A stretch of DNA of 64,000 nucleotides from Thermoplasmatota archaeon. Its GTDB lineage: Archaea; Thermoplasmatota; E2; JACPAO01; JAHFTW01. Within the stretch, counting starts at the first letter, position 1. The number at the start of each line of letters is the position of its first letter. Where the stretch lies: the NCBI GenBank assembly GCA_041601615.1, contig JBFIHX010000004.1, positions 64,001-128,000 on the forward strand, in the 5' to 3' direction. The notes beneath the pieces are model-generated. The model was not told the DNA's origin, made no database searches, and worked only from the letters and a program-made list of their open reading frames with translations. Positions 19,154 to 27,739 of the stretch are shown one piece after another. The position numbers and the translations under genes were made by a program.

Positions 19154-19335
19154 GAATGGTTCTCCTTGTATGCGGCGAGGACAGGTAACCCGGGTGGGTT
19201 TCTGGCCCCTTAACACCCAGCTCGTTTCCTTGCGGGATGCGGCCCGACCGCGGCGGGCAATGATGCGGTTTGATGGAGTCGAGGCATAGCCCTGACTCCT
19301 CTCTGGGGCGCGGTGAGGTGGCGCGAGATATAAGG
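19154..19335 (-). promoter_or_regulatory. Putative TATA-box promoter and long structured 5' leader of the rps17 sub-operon
   Basis: CCTTATAT on the minus strand at 19328-19335; hairpin at 19275-19299; AAGGAG SD-like motif before the start. Confidence 0.5.
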
Positions 19336-19582
19336 TTGGGGGTGGCTTCGTGTGGAGACGAACGGGTGTTCTATCTTCGGTGATTTGTAATGATTTTAGG
19401 GGAATGGCCGCCCCAATTGCCCCAAATAAATCCCCCCTTTGCAGTCATGAATAGATAGTAATGAAGAGGCATCGAGGCTAATTTGGCCTAATATTAGGCT
19501 CGGTGCGACCTGAGGGGTGTCGAATTTATCCTATAGAATTTTAATTCATAAATATTATATAGATATTTAATTGGGCCCCTTC

Positions 19583-20128
19583 ATGGAGACATTCTCCGAG
19601 CAACTACCACCCACCGTGATCACCAACCTGGACCAAATCCAAGACGGCCAAATCATTTCCATCAAGAGTGCGACGTTCGACAACGTCTTCCTGCGCATGG
19701 ACGGATCCGGAGTCACAAAGGCGACCGCCCAAGGGCAAGGCTCGGTCAATTGCCAATTCGGCGCCTATGAATGGGAGCAATTCCGCATCTGCAGGCACCC
19801 TTTCAACGCCTTCACATTCGAGTCCGTGGCCCACCCCGGTGTTTACCTTCGCATGGACGGCAAGAACGTTGTTCAGGACGAAAAGAACGGCGCGGGCACA
19901 GTCAACTGCCAGTTCGGGTACGGACCGTACGAGTTCTTCACGCTGACACAACTAGCTGACTCCATATTTGGCATTGAATCGGCCCTCTTTGACAGAGTCT
20001 ACCTCCGAATGGACGGGAGCAAGGCCGACGCATTTTCCGGCACCGGAGCCGGAACCGTCAATTGCCAATTTGGCGCAGTGGGCGCTGAACGGTTCTATCT
20101 CGTAGTTCACTCATCCCCGCCGGCTTGA
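19583..20128 (+). CDS. Three-repeat beta-trefoil (fascin-like) protein, probably horizontally acquired
   Basis: Three repeats of (I/F)xS..(P/D)xV(Y/F)LRMDG...G.VNCQFG...E.F; AT-rich upstream region. Confidence 0.75.
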   Translation: METFSEQLPPTVITNLDQIQDGQIISIKSATFDNVFLRMDGSGVTKATAQGQGSVNCQFGAYEWEQFRICRHPFNAFTFESVAHPGVYLRMDGKNVVQDEKNGAGTVNCQFGYGPYEFFTLTQLADSIFGIESALFDRVYLRMDGSKADAFSGTGAGTVNCQFGAVGAERFYLVVHSSPPA

Positions 20129-20242
20129 TTTGGTGCTCGGATTCACGGCTCTTTCTTCCCGCTTCTTCAACCCCACCGGCCACAGGTTGCTCTTCCCGCC
20201 CCCTCCGGCCCCCCGCGCCCTCCTTCGACTACCGTGCCGGCG

Positions 20243-20351
20243 CTACCGTACTTTTTTGGTGCGCCCATCGTCGCCCCCTCTGGGGCCACCGAAGGTCCAC
20301 TCGCCTGCGGCTCGCCGCAAAATGAAAGCCCTACCGGACCTTCTTTGTGCG
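20243..20351 (-). mobile_element. Structured gene-end element at the rnp1 stop with a synonymously recoded duplicate RTKKVR*
   Basis: 20243-20263 and 20331-20351 both encode RTKKVR* with 4 third-position differences; core CGTC-hairpin-ACCGAAGGTCC(A/G)CTC-hairpin-TCGC shared with 46563-46614; mobility is inferred. Confidence 0.7.
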
Positions 20352-20666
20352 ATCTTGAGACCGGAACTCAATGGCCCGACCTTCCACAATCACGGGCTCC
20401 CCCGTGCGGCCGGGTGACTGAAATGCAAACGTGCATGCCGCTTTCGCCAACTGCACGCGCCGACCACCGGAGCCACCCACGCGCAGGGTCAATGTGTGCA
20501 GCGTCTCGCCCACCACGTCGCCCGTGAGGCCTTGGATGCCGGCATCGGCACTGTCGTGGACGGTGCAGAGCAAGCCCACGAGTTCGCCACGGGCCACGCT
20601 TTTGGCCGGGCCTTGGAGTCGAGGGACGAAACGCTTCACGGGGCGGCCGACGCAGAGGGGCTTCAA
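20331..20666 (-). CDS. rnp1: Ribonuclease P protein subunit Rpp29 (component 1)
   Basis: ELVGL..V....GL.G.VVGET..TL; conserved position between SUI1 and rps17; start uncertain. Confidence 0.8.
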   Translation of the reverse strand: MKPLCVGRPVKRFVPRLQGPAKSVARGELVGLLCTVHDSADAGIQGLTGDVVGETLHTLTLRVGGSGGRRVQLAKAACTFAFQSPGRTGEPVIVEGRAIEFRSQDRTKKVR

Positions 20667-21070
20667 AGCAGTTCGGCGGTGGTGATGATGGGGACGCCTG
20701 CCTCAAGTCGGAGGGTTGCATCGTGCGTCCAAAGGATGCCGTGGACGGCGAGGGTGCATGCGACATAGGGTGCGTCTTTGGAACCGGATCGTTTGCATCG
20801 TTTTCGAGCTTCGGTTGCATGGATGGCCATCATGGCCTCCGACACACTTTCGATGCGGTCTTGGAAGGCTGCCCACACCGCTTCGAATACTGCGGGGGCG
20901 AGGAGGCTTTTTTTCAACAGAAATTCACGCCGAGAGGCCGCTTCCTCCCAAAGCCAGGCTGGGGCATAGAGGGGGCGGTCCAATTCCAAAATCAGGCGTC
21001 GGGTAGCTACATCTCGAAGAAGCGCACTGAACAGGAGGTTGGCATCCACCACAAGAGGTGGTTCAATCAA
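20663..21070 (-). CDS. vapC: PIN-domain (VapC-like) toxin
   Basis: VVDANLLFSAL, KDAPYVA and LWTHD acidic PIN motifs; TTG start overlaps the antitoxin stop. Confidence 0.85.
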   Translation of the reverse strand: MIEPPLVVDANLLFSALLRDVATRRLILELDRPLYAPAWLWEEAASRREFLLKKSLLAPAVFEAVWAAFQDRIESVSEAMMAIHATEARKRCKRSGSKDAPYVACTLAVHGILWTHDATLRLEAGVPIITTAELL

Positions 21071-21290
21071 GGGCTTCGAACCGCCGCGCCATTGATTCGT
21101 CCACGTCGCGGGCCACATCAGAGATGTCAGCCTCGGTCAGTTCGGACTCGGCGAGCAATCGGTCCCAGACATGCACATGATCCAGCTTGCGCCGGAATGC
21201 TTGGCGTGCCACTTCGGACCACTTGATTTCCTTGTGGCGCTTAATCTCCGCAAACAACTCGTCGTCCACGGACAGGGTCATGTTGGGCAC
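21063..21290 (-). CDS. Ribbon-helix-helix antitoxin (VapB-like)
   Basis: PNMTLSVDDEL....K.H.EIKWSEVARQA; directly upstream of the PIN gene. Confidence 0.8.
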   Translation of the reverse strand: MPNMTLSVDDELFAEIKRHKEIKWSEVARQAFRRKLDHVHVWDRLLAESELTEADISDVARDVDESMARRFEALD

Positions 21291-21293
21291 AAC

Positions 21294-21321
21294 CAGAAAT
21301 ATGTGTGCCCACATATTTCTG
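21294..21321. promoter_or_regulatory. Perfect 12-bp inverted repeat CAGAAATATGTG-TGCC-CACATATTTCTG, candidate toxin-antitoxin autoregulatory operator
   Basis: Immediately upstream of the antitoxin start; RHH antitoxins commonly bind such repeats. Confidence 0.65.
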
Positions 21322-21327
21322 TGTTGC

Positions 21328-21636
21328 TCAGTCGGCTTTGGCTCGGAACCCCATTTCGTCGAGGACCCCGACGACTTTTCGGACGTGGTCACCCTGCAAT
21401 TCAATGTGCCCTTCCTTGAGGGCCCCTCCACAAGCGCACTTGCTCTTGAGCCGAGTCAGGAGTTTTTTGGCATCGATGCTGGAATCGTTGAACCCGGTGA
21501 TGATGGTCATCAACTTCCCGTAGCGACGGGAATCTGTGGTAATCCTGAGTTCCAACTGCTCTTTGGCAATGGAATCCAGTTCGTCGAATTCTGAGAGTTC
21601 GGGTGGCAAGCCTGCTGCGCTGAAGATATCACTCAT
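21328..21636 (-). CDS. SUI1/aIF1-family translation initiation factor, paralog lacking N-terminal cysteines
   Basis: RRYGKLMTII.G; LKSKCACGG; IELQGDH. Confidence 0.9.
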   Translation of the reverse strand: MSDIFSAAGLPPELSEFDELDSIAKEQLELRITTDSRRYGKLMTIITGFNDSSIDAKKLLTRLKSKCACGGALKEGHIELQGDHVRKVVGVLDEMGFRAKAD

Positions 21637-21789
21637 CGAGCCGTTCGCAGATTGGATGGAGGCTCGTCTGGAAAAGCGTGACGGACACATCCCCGAAAGT
21701 ACAAAGGCCCAATAGTCGGCCCAAAACGCGGCCGAGGGAGTGTTGGATAAGGAGAGAAAGTGGAAAAAGGAGGGACAAGGACGTGTCGA

Positions 21790-22089
21790 TCAGTCAACGC
21801 GACTGTCGAAGCCAAGCTCTTGCAGGACTTTCTGCACTTTGCGCGCGTGGTCTCCCTGGAGTTCGATGTGATTCTCCTTCCGGGTGCCTCCACAGGCGCA
21901 CTTGTTCTTGAGCTTCGAGAGCAGACCATCCATGTCGATGCTGGTGGCGTCGATGCCGTCCACGATGGTCATCTTCTTGCCGTAGCGGCGGGTATCCACA
22001 AAGATGCGGATTTCCTGCTGTTCGCGGGCGATGTCCTCGCAGACGCAGATCTCCTCCGGCAGGCCACAGCCTGTGCAGATGCCGCTCAT
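21790..22089 (-). CDS. sui1: SUI1/aIF1 translation initiation factor with N-terminal Cys cluster
   Basis: CTGCGLPEEICVCE; RRYGKKMT; CACGG; IELQGDH; overlaps the rpl29 stop. Confidence 0.93.
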   Translation of the reverse strand: MSGICTGCGLPEEICVCEDIAREQQEIRIFVDTRRYGKKMTIVDGIDATSIDMDGLLSKLKNKCACGGTRKENHIELQGDHARKVQKVLQELGFDSRVD

Positions 22090-22289
22090 TGGGCCATGAG
22101 CTCTTCCTCACGCAGGATGGTGAGGATGCGGGCGATCTCTCGGCGCAGGGTGCGGATCTTGCCAGGGTTGGGCGTAGAGCCACCCATGGCTTGGACACCG
22201 CGCTCCTGCATGAGGTCGTGACGCAGTTCGTTGAGGCGCTCTAGGCGCTCGTCGTGCTTGAGCTCGCGGATTTCCTTGGCCTTCAGCAT
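22086..22289 (-). CDS. rpl29: 50S ribosomal protein uL29
   Basis: LKAKEIRE; NPGKIRTLRREIARILT. Confidence 0.95.
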   Translation of the reverse strand: MLKAKEIRELKHDERLERLNELRHDLMQERGVQAMGGSTPNPGKIRTLRREIARILTILREEELMAQ

Positions 22290-23086
22290 TATGCGTCACC
22301 TCCGACGGTGAAGCTCTTGCGCTCGCGGCGACCATCAGCGGCACCCTCCTTCTTGGCGGGCGCTGCGGCGGGCTTGTCACCGGCGGCGGCGGGAGCGTCT
22401 GCTGCGGGGGCGGCGGGGACAGTCTCGACACCAGCGGCGCTGGCTGCGACCTTGGCTTGCTTGGCCTGGGCTTCGCGGTCCTTCTCGCCGGGGGCGTAGA
22501 TCTTGACCACGTCGGGCAGGACGGCGTCCTTGCGCATGATGCGAACCGTGCAGCCGATGGTGCCCAGTTTCTTCTTGCACATGGCGTAGCCGGTGTCCAT
22601 CAGTTCTAGGGCGGTGTCGCCGCAGTACTTGACGTGACCCGCGATGAACTTCTCGCGGCGCTTGCGCTGACCGGTTAGCTTGCCGGCGATCTCGACGATG
22701 ACGCCCTGTGCGCCACTGCCCATGATGCGCTGGACGGTGCTGTGACCGACCCGGCGGAAGTGCCATCCGCGCTCCAGGCTCTCGGCCACCTTGATGGCCA
22801 TGATCTGGGCGTTGAGGGCGGGGTTCTCGCTGGGCTCTTCGACGCTGATTTGCGGGTTCTCCAGGTTGAACTTGGTGTTCAGGTCCGTGGTGAGCTGGTT
22901 GATGGTCACACCACGGCGGCCGATGACCATGCCGGGGCGTTCCGCGATGATGTTCACGCGGGTGCCGAGGGGAGTCCGCTGGATGTCCAGACCGCCGAAG
23001 CCGGCGCGCTGGGTTTCCTTGTGGATGAACTCCTTGACGAGCAGCCGGTGGACGCTTTCCTTGATGAACTTGCGTTCGACTGCCAT
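22289..23086 (-). CDS. rps3: 30S ribosomal protein uS3
   Basis: KH motif RPGMVIGRRG; LERGWHFRR; GKLTGQR. Confidence 0.96.
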   Translation of the reverse strand: MAVERKFIKESVHRLLVKEFIHKETQRAGFGGLDIQRTPLGTRVNIIAERPGMVIGRRGVTINQLTTDLNTKFNLENPQISVEEPSENPALNAQIMAIKVAESLERGWHFRRVGHSTVQRIMGSGAQGVIVEIAGKLTGQRKRREKFIAGHVKYCGDTALELMDTGYAMCKKKLGTIGCTVRIMRKDAVLPDVVKIYAPGEKDREAQAKQAKVAASAAGVETVPAAPAADAPAAAGDKPAAAPAKKEGAADGRRERKSFTVGGDA

Positions 23087-23554
23087 TTAGTTGTCCTCCT
23101 CTTCCATCTGGGTGACGATCACTTCAAAGTTGCAGAGCCGGTTGAAGCTCGGGGTGGCGCGGCCGTATGCGCGGGGCATGTAGGCCTTCTGGACGGTGCC
23201 CTGGTATGCACTTGCGTGCGTGATGACCAAGGTGTCCGTGTCCAGGCCCTTGTACTCGGCGTTGGCCTCGGCAGACTCGATGACACTGAGGAACATCTTG
23301 GCCACCTTGACGGGGTACTTGCCGGGGCCGAAGCCTTCACCGCGGCGGTGGGCAATCTTGCGCTTGCGGACCGTGAAGGGGACAGCCGTCTTGAGCGCCG
23401 CGACTTCCGTGAGGAAGACCTTGGCGCGGCTGACGGGCATGCCCTTGATGGCTTTGCAGACGTTGCGGCCGCTCTTGGGGGAGCAGTTGAGGTCCTTGCC
23501 GTAGGCGCGGGCCGTTTTTTCGGGGTCAGAGACCGTGCTGTATTTGGTAGTCAT
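23087..23554 (-). CDS. rpl22: 50S ribosomal protein uL22
   Basis: SPK; GKYPVK; ANAEYKGLD; PRAYGRA. Confidence 0.96.
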   Translation of the reverse strand: MTTKYSTVSDPEKTARAYGKDLNCSPKSGRNVCKAIKGMPVSRAKVFLTEVAALKTAVPFTVRKRKIAHRRGEGFGPGKYPVKVAKMFLSVIESAEANAEYKGLDTDTLVITHASAYQGTVQKAYMPRAYGRATPSFNRLCNFEVIVTQMEEEDN

Positions 23555-23565
23555 TGTCTCTCACC

Positions 23566-24033
23566 TCACTTCAACGGAACGTGCTTGCTGCCTCGGGTCG
23601 CACCGACACCGACACCCGAGTGGGCGCAGTATTTGGTGGAGTTTGCGAACTCGCCGAGGCGGTGACCGATCATCTCGGGCATCACGACGATGTCCTGGAA
23701 CTCTTTGCCGGTGTAGACGGAGACCGTCTTGCCGACAAAGCGAGGTAGGACTGCGAGGTGGCGGTAGTGGGTTCGCACGGCGTTGCCGGGCTCTGCCACT
23801 TCCATCTTCTCCAGGAACTTCTTCTCGGGGACGGTGACACCGCGCACGTAGCTGCGGCGCACTCGGCTCGGGAGCAGTTCGAGAAGGTCGTCCAGGGGCA
23901 GAGACTGGAGTTCTTCCAGGCTCTTTCCTCGGTACGAGAATTCCTTCTTCTGGCGGGTCTCGATGCTTGCTTGGAGCTTCCTTTGGCGGCGTCGTGCGGC
24001 ACCTGCGGAAGTGAATCCCTTCTTTTTGGCCAT
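23566..24033 (-). CDS. rps19: 30S ribosomal protein uS19
   Basis: FSYRGKSLEEL; RTHYR; PEMIGHRLGEF; GATRGSKHVPLK. Confidence 0.96.
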   Translation of the reverse strand: MAKKKGFTSAGAARRRQRKLQASIETRQKKEFSYRGKSLEELQSLPLDDLLELLPSRVRRSYVRGVTVPEKKFLEKMEVAEPGNAVRTHYRHLAVLPRFVGKTVSVYTGKEFQDIVVMPEMIGHRLGEFANSTKYCAHSGVGVGATRGSKHVPLK

Positions 24034-24038
24034 TTAAT

Positions 24039-24743
24039 TCACCTCTTCCCCGTCCGCTTGGGCGCGATCTTACCGACCTTACGGCCAGGGGGGGTACCAC
24101 GGGCGACACTGGTGCGTCCGGGCGTGTAGTTGTGGGCGCCACCGCCGTGCGGGTGGTCCACAGGGTTCATGGCAACACCGCGAACGCGGGGCCACTTGAC
24201 CGCCTTGGTCTTCATCAGGTGGAATTTCTTTCCAGCCTTCAGGAACGGCTTGTCGCCGCGTCCGCCACCAGCGACTAGGCCAACGGTGGCCCGGCAGTTG
24301 GGGTGGAACTTGCGGAATTTGCCGCTGGGCATGCGAACCACAGTGCTCTTGGAGTCGTGGCTGACGATTTCAGCAGCGTTGCCGGCAGCGCGGCAGAACT
24401 TGCCGCCGTCGTTGGGGCGGCCTTCCACGTTGAAAATGGGGGTGCCCTCGGGGATCTTGCTGACGATGGTGACATTGCCGGGCTTGATCTGGGTCGTGTC
24501 GGTGTACACGATGGCTTGACCGACACGGGCACCCTCGGCCGCGATCTGGAGGCTCTTGGAGCCGTCCGCGAACGCGATCTCACACAGGACCGCAGTGCGG
24601 CCGGGTGCGTGGATGAGTTTGGCGATTGATCCCTCGCCCATGAATTTCACGGGGTAGGAGACCTGTCCCTTGTGCTTGTGGCTGGGGCTCGTCAGGCGCG
24701 GCTTTGCAGATCCACGTCGACGGCTCAGAATTCGCTTACCCAT
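24039..24743 (-). CDS. rpl2: 50S ribosomal protein uL2
   Basis: MGKRILSRRRG; VRGVAMNPVDHPHGGG. Confidence 0.97.
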   Translation of the reverse strand: MGKRILSRRRGSAKPRLTSPSHKHKGQVSYPVKFMGEGSIAKLIHAPGRTAVLCEIAFADGSKSLQIAAEGARVGQAIVYTDTTQIKPGNVTIVSKIPEGTPIFNVEGRPNDGGKFCRAAGNAAEIVSHDSKSTVVRMPSGKFRKFHPNCRATVGLVAGGGRGDKPFLKAGKKFHLMKTKAVKWPRVRGVAMNPVDHPHGGGAHNYTPGRTSVARGTPPGRKVGKIAPKRTGKR

Positions 24744-24744
24744 G

Positions 24745-25008
24745 CTAGAACACTCCAATGCGCATGCCGATGTCCTCGGCGGTCGTGTCGCCACCGAACT
24801 TGACGATGGCGCGTTTTCCTTGCTTGGTGATGCGGGTGTTGACCGTGTCGACTTCGCACTCGAACAGGACTTGGACCGCTTCCTTGATCTGGGGCTTGGT
24901 GGCCGTGCGGCGCACCAGGAATTCCAGGGAGTTGTTCTTGTCCATCAGCATCATGGTCTTCTCCGTCACGAGGGGGTGGAAGACAATGGCGTAGGGGTCG
25001 ATGCTCAT
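24745..25008 (-). CDS. rpl23: 50S ribosomal protein uL23
   Basis: PLVTEK; ATKPQIKEAV; VNT. Confidence 0.96.
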   Translation of the reverse strand: MSIDPYAIVFHPLVTEKTMMLMDKNNSLEFLVRRTATKPQIKEAVQVLFECEVDTVNTRITKQGKRAIVKFGGDTTAEDIGMRIGVF

Positions 25009-25763
25009 TCGAAGACCTCCTTGATGTGTTCAAGAGCGCCCTTGGTGAAGACCGTCAGGCGGCCCACGTCGCCACCGGGGGCGAGGTGTTCGGCGCTGAT
25101 GTCTTTGGCGGCGACAACATCGCAGCCGACCAGGTTCTGGACACCGGGTGCCTTGCCGTCAATGGTCACGAAGAGCACCGACTTGGGGGTCTTGAGGCGG
25201 CGGCCACGCAGTTTGCCCATGCCGGGGCGAACGTGTTGTCCGTCCTTGGCGCGAGCGAGGTCACCGGAGAGGCCGAGGGCCTCAAGGGAACCGAGCGTGT
25301 CCTTGGTCTTGGCGGCGAAGAAATCATCTTCGACGACCACGGGGAACGACTGGACACCGTCGGTGCGGTGGCCACGACCGCTGACCAGTTCGCCATTGGC
25401 CGTTGCGGCCAGGGCGCTCTGGATTGCCAGTCGGCGTTCCTTGGTGTTGATTTTCAGGGTCCACAAGTGGCGGCTTTGCGGCGCGTGGGCGCGGCGTCCA
25501 CCGACGTTGTTGGGGGCCAGGGCCGCGACGCGACCTTGGGTCAGGCGGGGCACACGGCTGGAACCTTTGCCCTTTCCGACACTGGCGGTGGCGTGGCGCT
25601 CACCGGCGACGGGGCTGGAGCCGTAGGGCTGGCGGCGGTTGGCGCGGCTGACCTTGACGGCCTTGCGCACCAGGTCGGTGCGGACGGGGCCGGCAAAGGA
25701 AGCGGGAAGTTCGACATCGCCGCCCTTCTTGCCACCCTTTGCGTACACGGGGACTGTGCTCAT
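25005..25763 (-). CDS. rpl4: 50S ribosomal protein uL4
   Basis: RRQPYG; GGRRAHAP; KINTKERR; LAPGG..GRLT. Confidence 0.96.
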   Translation of the reverse strand: MSTVPVYAKGGKKGGDVELPASFAGPVRTDLVRKAVKVSRANRRQPYGSSPVAGERHATASVGKGKGSSRVPRLTQGRVAALAPNNVGGRRAHAPQSRHLWTLKINTKERRLAIQSALAATANGELVSGRGHRTDGVQSFPVVVEDDFFAAKTKDTLGSLEALGLSGDLARAKDGQHVRPGMGKLRGRRLKTPKSVLFVTIDGKAPGVQNLVGCDVVAAKDISAEHLAPGGDVGRLTVFTKGALEHIKEVFE

Positions 25764-26767
25764 ACGGATCGGGCTCCCTGCTTGCTGGCAGTGCTGATGT
25801 AGTCGATGCTGGGCTCAGCGTCGACGCCACGGGTGTAGCGGACGGCGTCGCGCAACTTGACGAGGCGCTTGGCGGGTCCGGGGATGCTGCCGTGGAGGAG
25901 GATGTAGGGGTTGCGTACCTCACCGTAGTGAAGGAAGCCACCCTTGGGGGTGATTTCGCTGCCTTCGGCGCCCATCTTGATGATGCGCTTGTTGTACTCG
26001 GTGCGGTGGTGCATGCCGCGCTGACCGTCGTTGGGGACGGTGGATTGCACAAACGCAGGATGCCAGGAACCCTGGGTACCAATCATGCGGCGGTGCTTGC
26101 TGTTCTTGTGCGTCAGCAGCTTGGTGCCGAAGCGCACTACACGGCTTTCGAAACCGTAGCCCTTGGTGACTGCCTGCACGTCGATCATTTGACCGGAGTG
26201 GTGGGCGTCGTTGATGGTGACTTCTTTGCCGAGGATTCCCTGGGCGAAGGCGAGGCGGGCGTCCATGTCGCCGCCGCCGACCCGGAACTCAAGGAGTTCG
26301 GGGGTCTTGCTGTCCACGCCGGAGACGAGGACGGGGGCGGTGCAGGCAAGAACGCGGACGTCGCAGACGTCGGCTTCCTCGGCGAGCTTCAGCTTGGCGG
26401 CCATGTCCTGCTTCTTGGGCAGGGGGAGGCGGCCGGCGAGGCGCTCGGGGAGGGTTTCGGCCCAGACTTCGGTCAAGGCGCGCTTGCCGTAGGGCGTCTG
26501 TTCGTACAGGCGCACCGCGGTGACGGTCATCGGGGGTGTCTCGACGACGGTCACGGGCATGACGACTTCTTGTCCGGAGGTGGTACTGTGCGGTCGGTAG
26601 TCGGTTACGATCGCGTGGGTCATGCCCACTTTGTAACCTGCGAAGCCCTGGAGCTTCGGTTCGCTACCGTCGGCCGCCCAGCTCTTCGTGTGTGGCACGA
26701 CGGAGCGCGCGCGCTTGCGGGGGTAGAACCCCATAGAGCCGCGTCGGGGGTGGTGTTTGGATCCCAT
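25760..26767 (-). CDS. rpl3: 50S ribosomal protein uL3
   Basis: PRRGSMGFYPRKRA; FAGYKVGMTH; HHRTEYNKRI; TPKGGF.HYG. Confidence 0.97.
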   Translation of the reverse strand: MGSKHHPRRGSMGFYPRKRARSVVPHTKSWAADGSEPKLQGFAGYKVGMTHAIVTDYRPHSTTSGQEVVMPVTVVETPPMTVTAVRLYEQTPYGKRALTEVWAETLPERLAGRLPLPKKQDMAAKLKLAEEADVCDVRVLACTAPVLVSGVDSKTPELLEFRVGGGDMDARLAFAQGILGKEVTINDAHHSGQMIDVQAVTKGYGFESRVVRFGTKLLTHKNSKHRRMIGTQGSWHPAFVQSTVPNDGQRGMHHRTEYNKRIIKMGAEGSEITPKGGFLHYGEVRNPYILLHGSIPGPAKRLVKLRDAVRYTRGVDAEPSIDYISTASKQGARSV

Positions 26768-26954
26768 TGTGTTCTCTCCATGTCCCTCTGGCCTGGGGCC
26801 TTCGGGTGGTTCGGGCGATGCACAGAGGCAGTGCGCCCGAGGAGATCCGGTCGTGCCGACCCCGCCCACTTCGGTCGTGGACAGGCTATGGCGCCCTCTT
26901 GCAAGAGCACCGGCTCTACCGGATGCAGGGCGGGCGACATGGGTGCTATATATG
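26768..26954 (-). promoter_or_regulatory. Putative TATA promoter and long structured 5' leader of the rpl3 operon
   Basis: TATATA at 26947-26952; hairpins at 26890-26911 and 26811-26840. Confidence 0.5.
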
Positions 26955-27416
26955 AACGTTCGCCAGATTTCAAGGAGGCCCCGTATGCAGGTGCGTGGGT
27001 GGCTTTGGCCTGGGTGCCTGAATCGAGCGACGGTGGCGATGCGGTGGTATGGAATTGGAGGGTGTTCTCTGGAGTATTCCGCTGGAGGCCGGATTCTTGG
27101 GGCTCCGGGCGCGGGGGCGCTGGCGGCCCTATTTTTCAAGCTCTGGCCGTGGGGAATGCCAGATTCGGCGGATGGGAGCTACCTACGCGTAGCATGGGCC
27201 AAAGGGGTGGGCCGACAGACAAAGGCGTGCAATCAAATGGATGCGCTCCGCTGAATGCGTGTAGGAGGAGCCGGCCTGACTCGAACTCCGATTCATTTTG
27301 CGAAGGCGCTTGAAGCGGGATATTCCCGTTCTTGATGGGAAAGGAGAAAGTTGGGAGTGGGTGCTGTGGCGTCAGGTGGCTTGATGGAGTCGCCATCGGC
27401 CACGGCCTACTTGGCC

Positions 27417-27650
27417 CTAGTGCGCCAGCCGGACGTACTTGTGTTCGCCAACGTGTCCTTCGACGGCGGCGGCGTAGTAGATCATGTAGCCAGCGCCAAG
27501 GCCGACGAGCGCGTAGATGGTGCGCTCCAGCCATTCGATGGCGCCGAAGACGGCGTTCACGAGGTTGAAGTCGAAGAGGCCTATGAGGCCCCAGTTCAGG
27601 CCGCCCACGATGACCAGTACGAGGGCAATCCAGTTCAGGGTTCGGAGCAT
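27417..27650 (-). CDS. DUF378-family small membrane protein
   Basis: LVIVGGLNWGLIGLFDFNLV...IYALVGL. Confidence 0.85.
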   Translation of the reverse strand: MLRTLNWIALVLVIVGGLNWGLIGLFDFNLVNAVFGAIEWLERTIYALVGLGAGYMIYYAAAVEGHVGEHKYVRLAH

Positions 27651-27739
27651 GTTTTTGCCTCGATTCCCTGTGGTTTCGGGAAGTGCTTGGTCCTTGCGAG
27701 AAGTGCGCACGCCGCAAGGGGTTGGCTGGGGCCTGAGGT

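Noticed and set aside
26960-27416. Possible small gene or ncRNA upstream of the rpl3 promoter
   Set aside because: No ORF with convincing composition or motif and no clear stable structure seen
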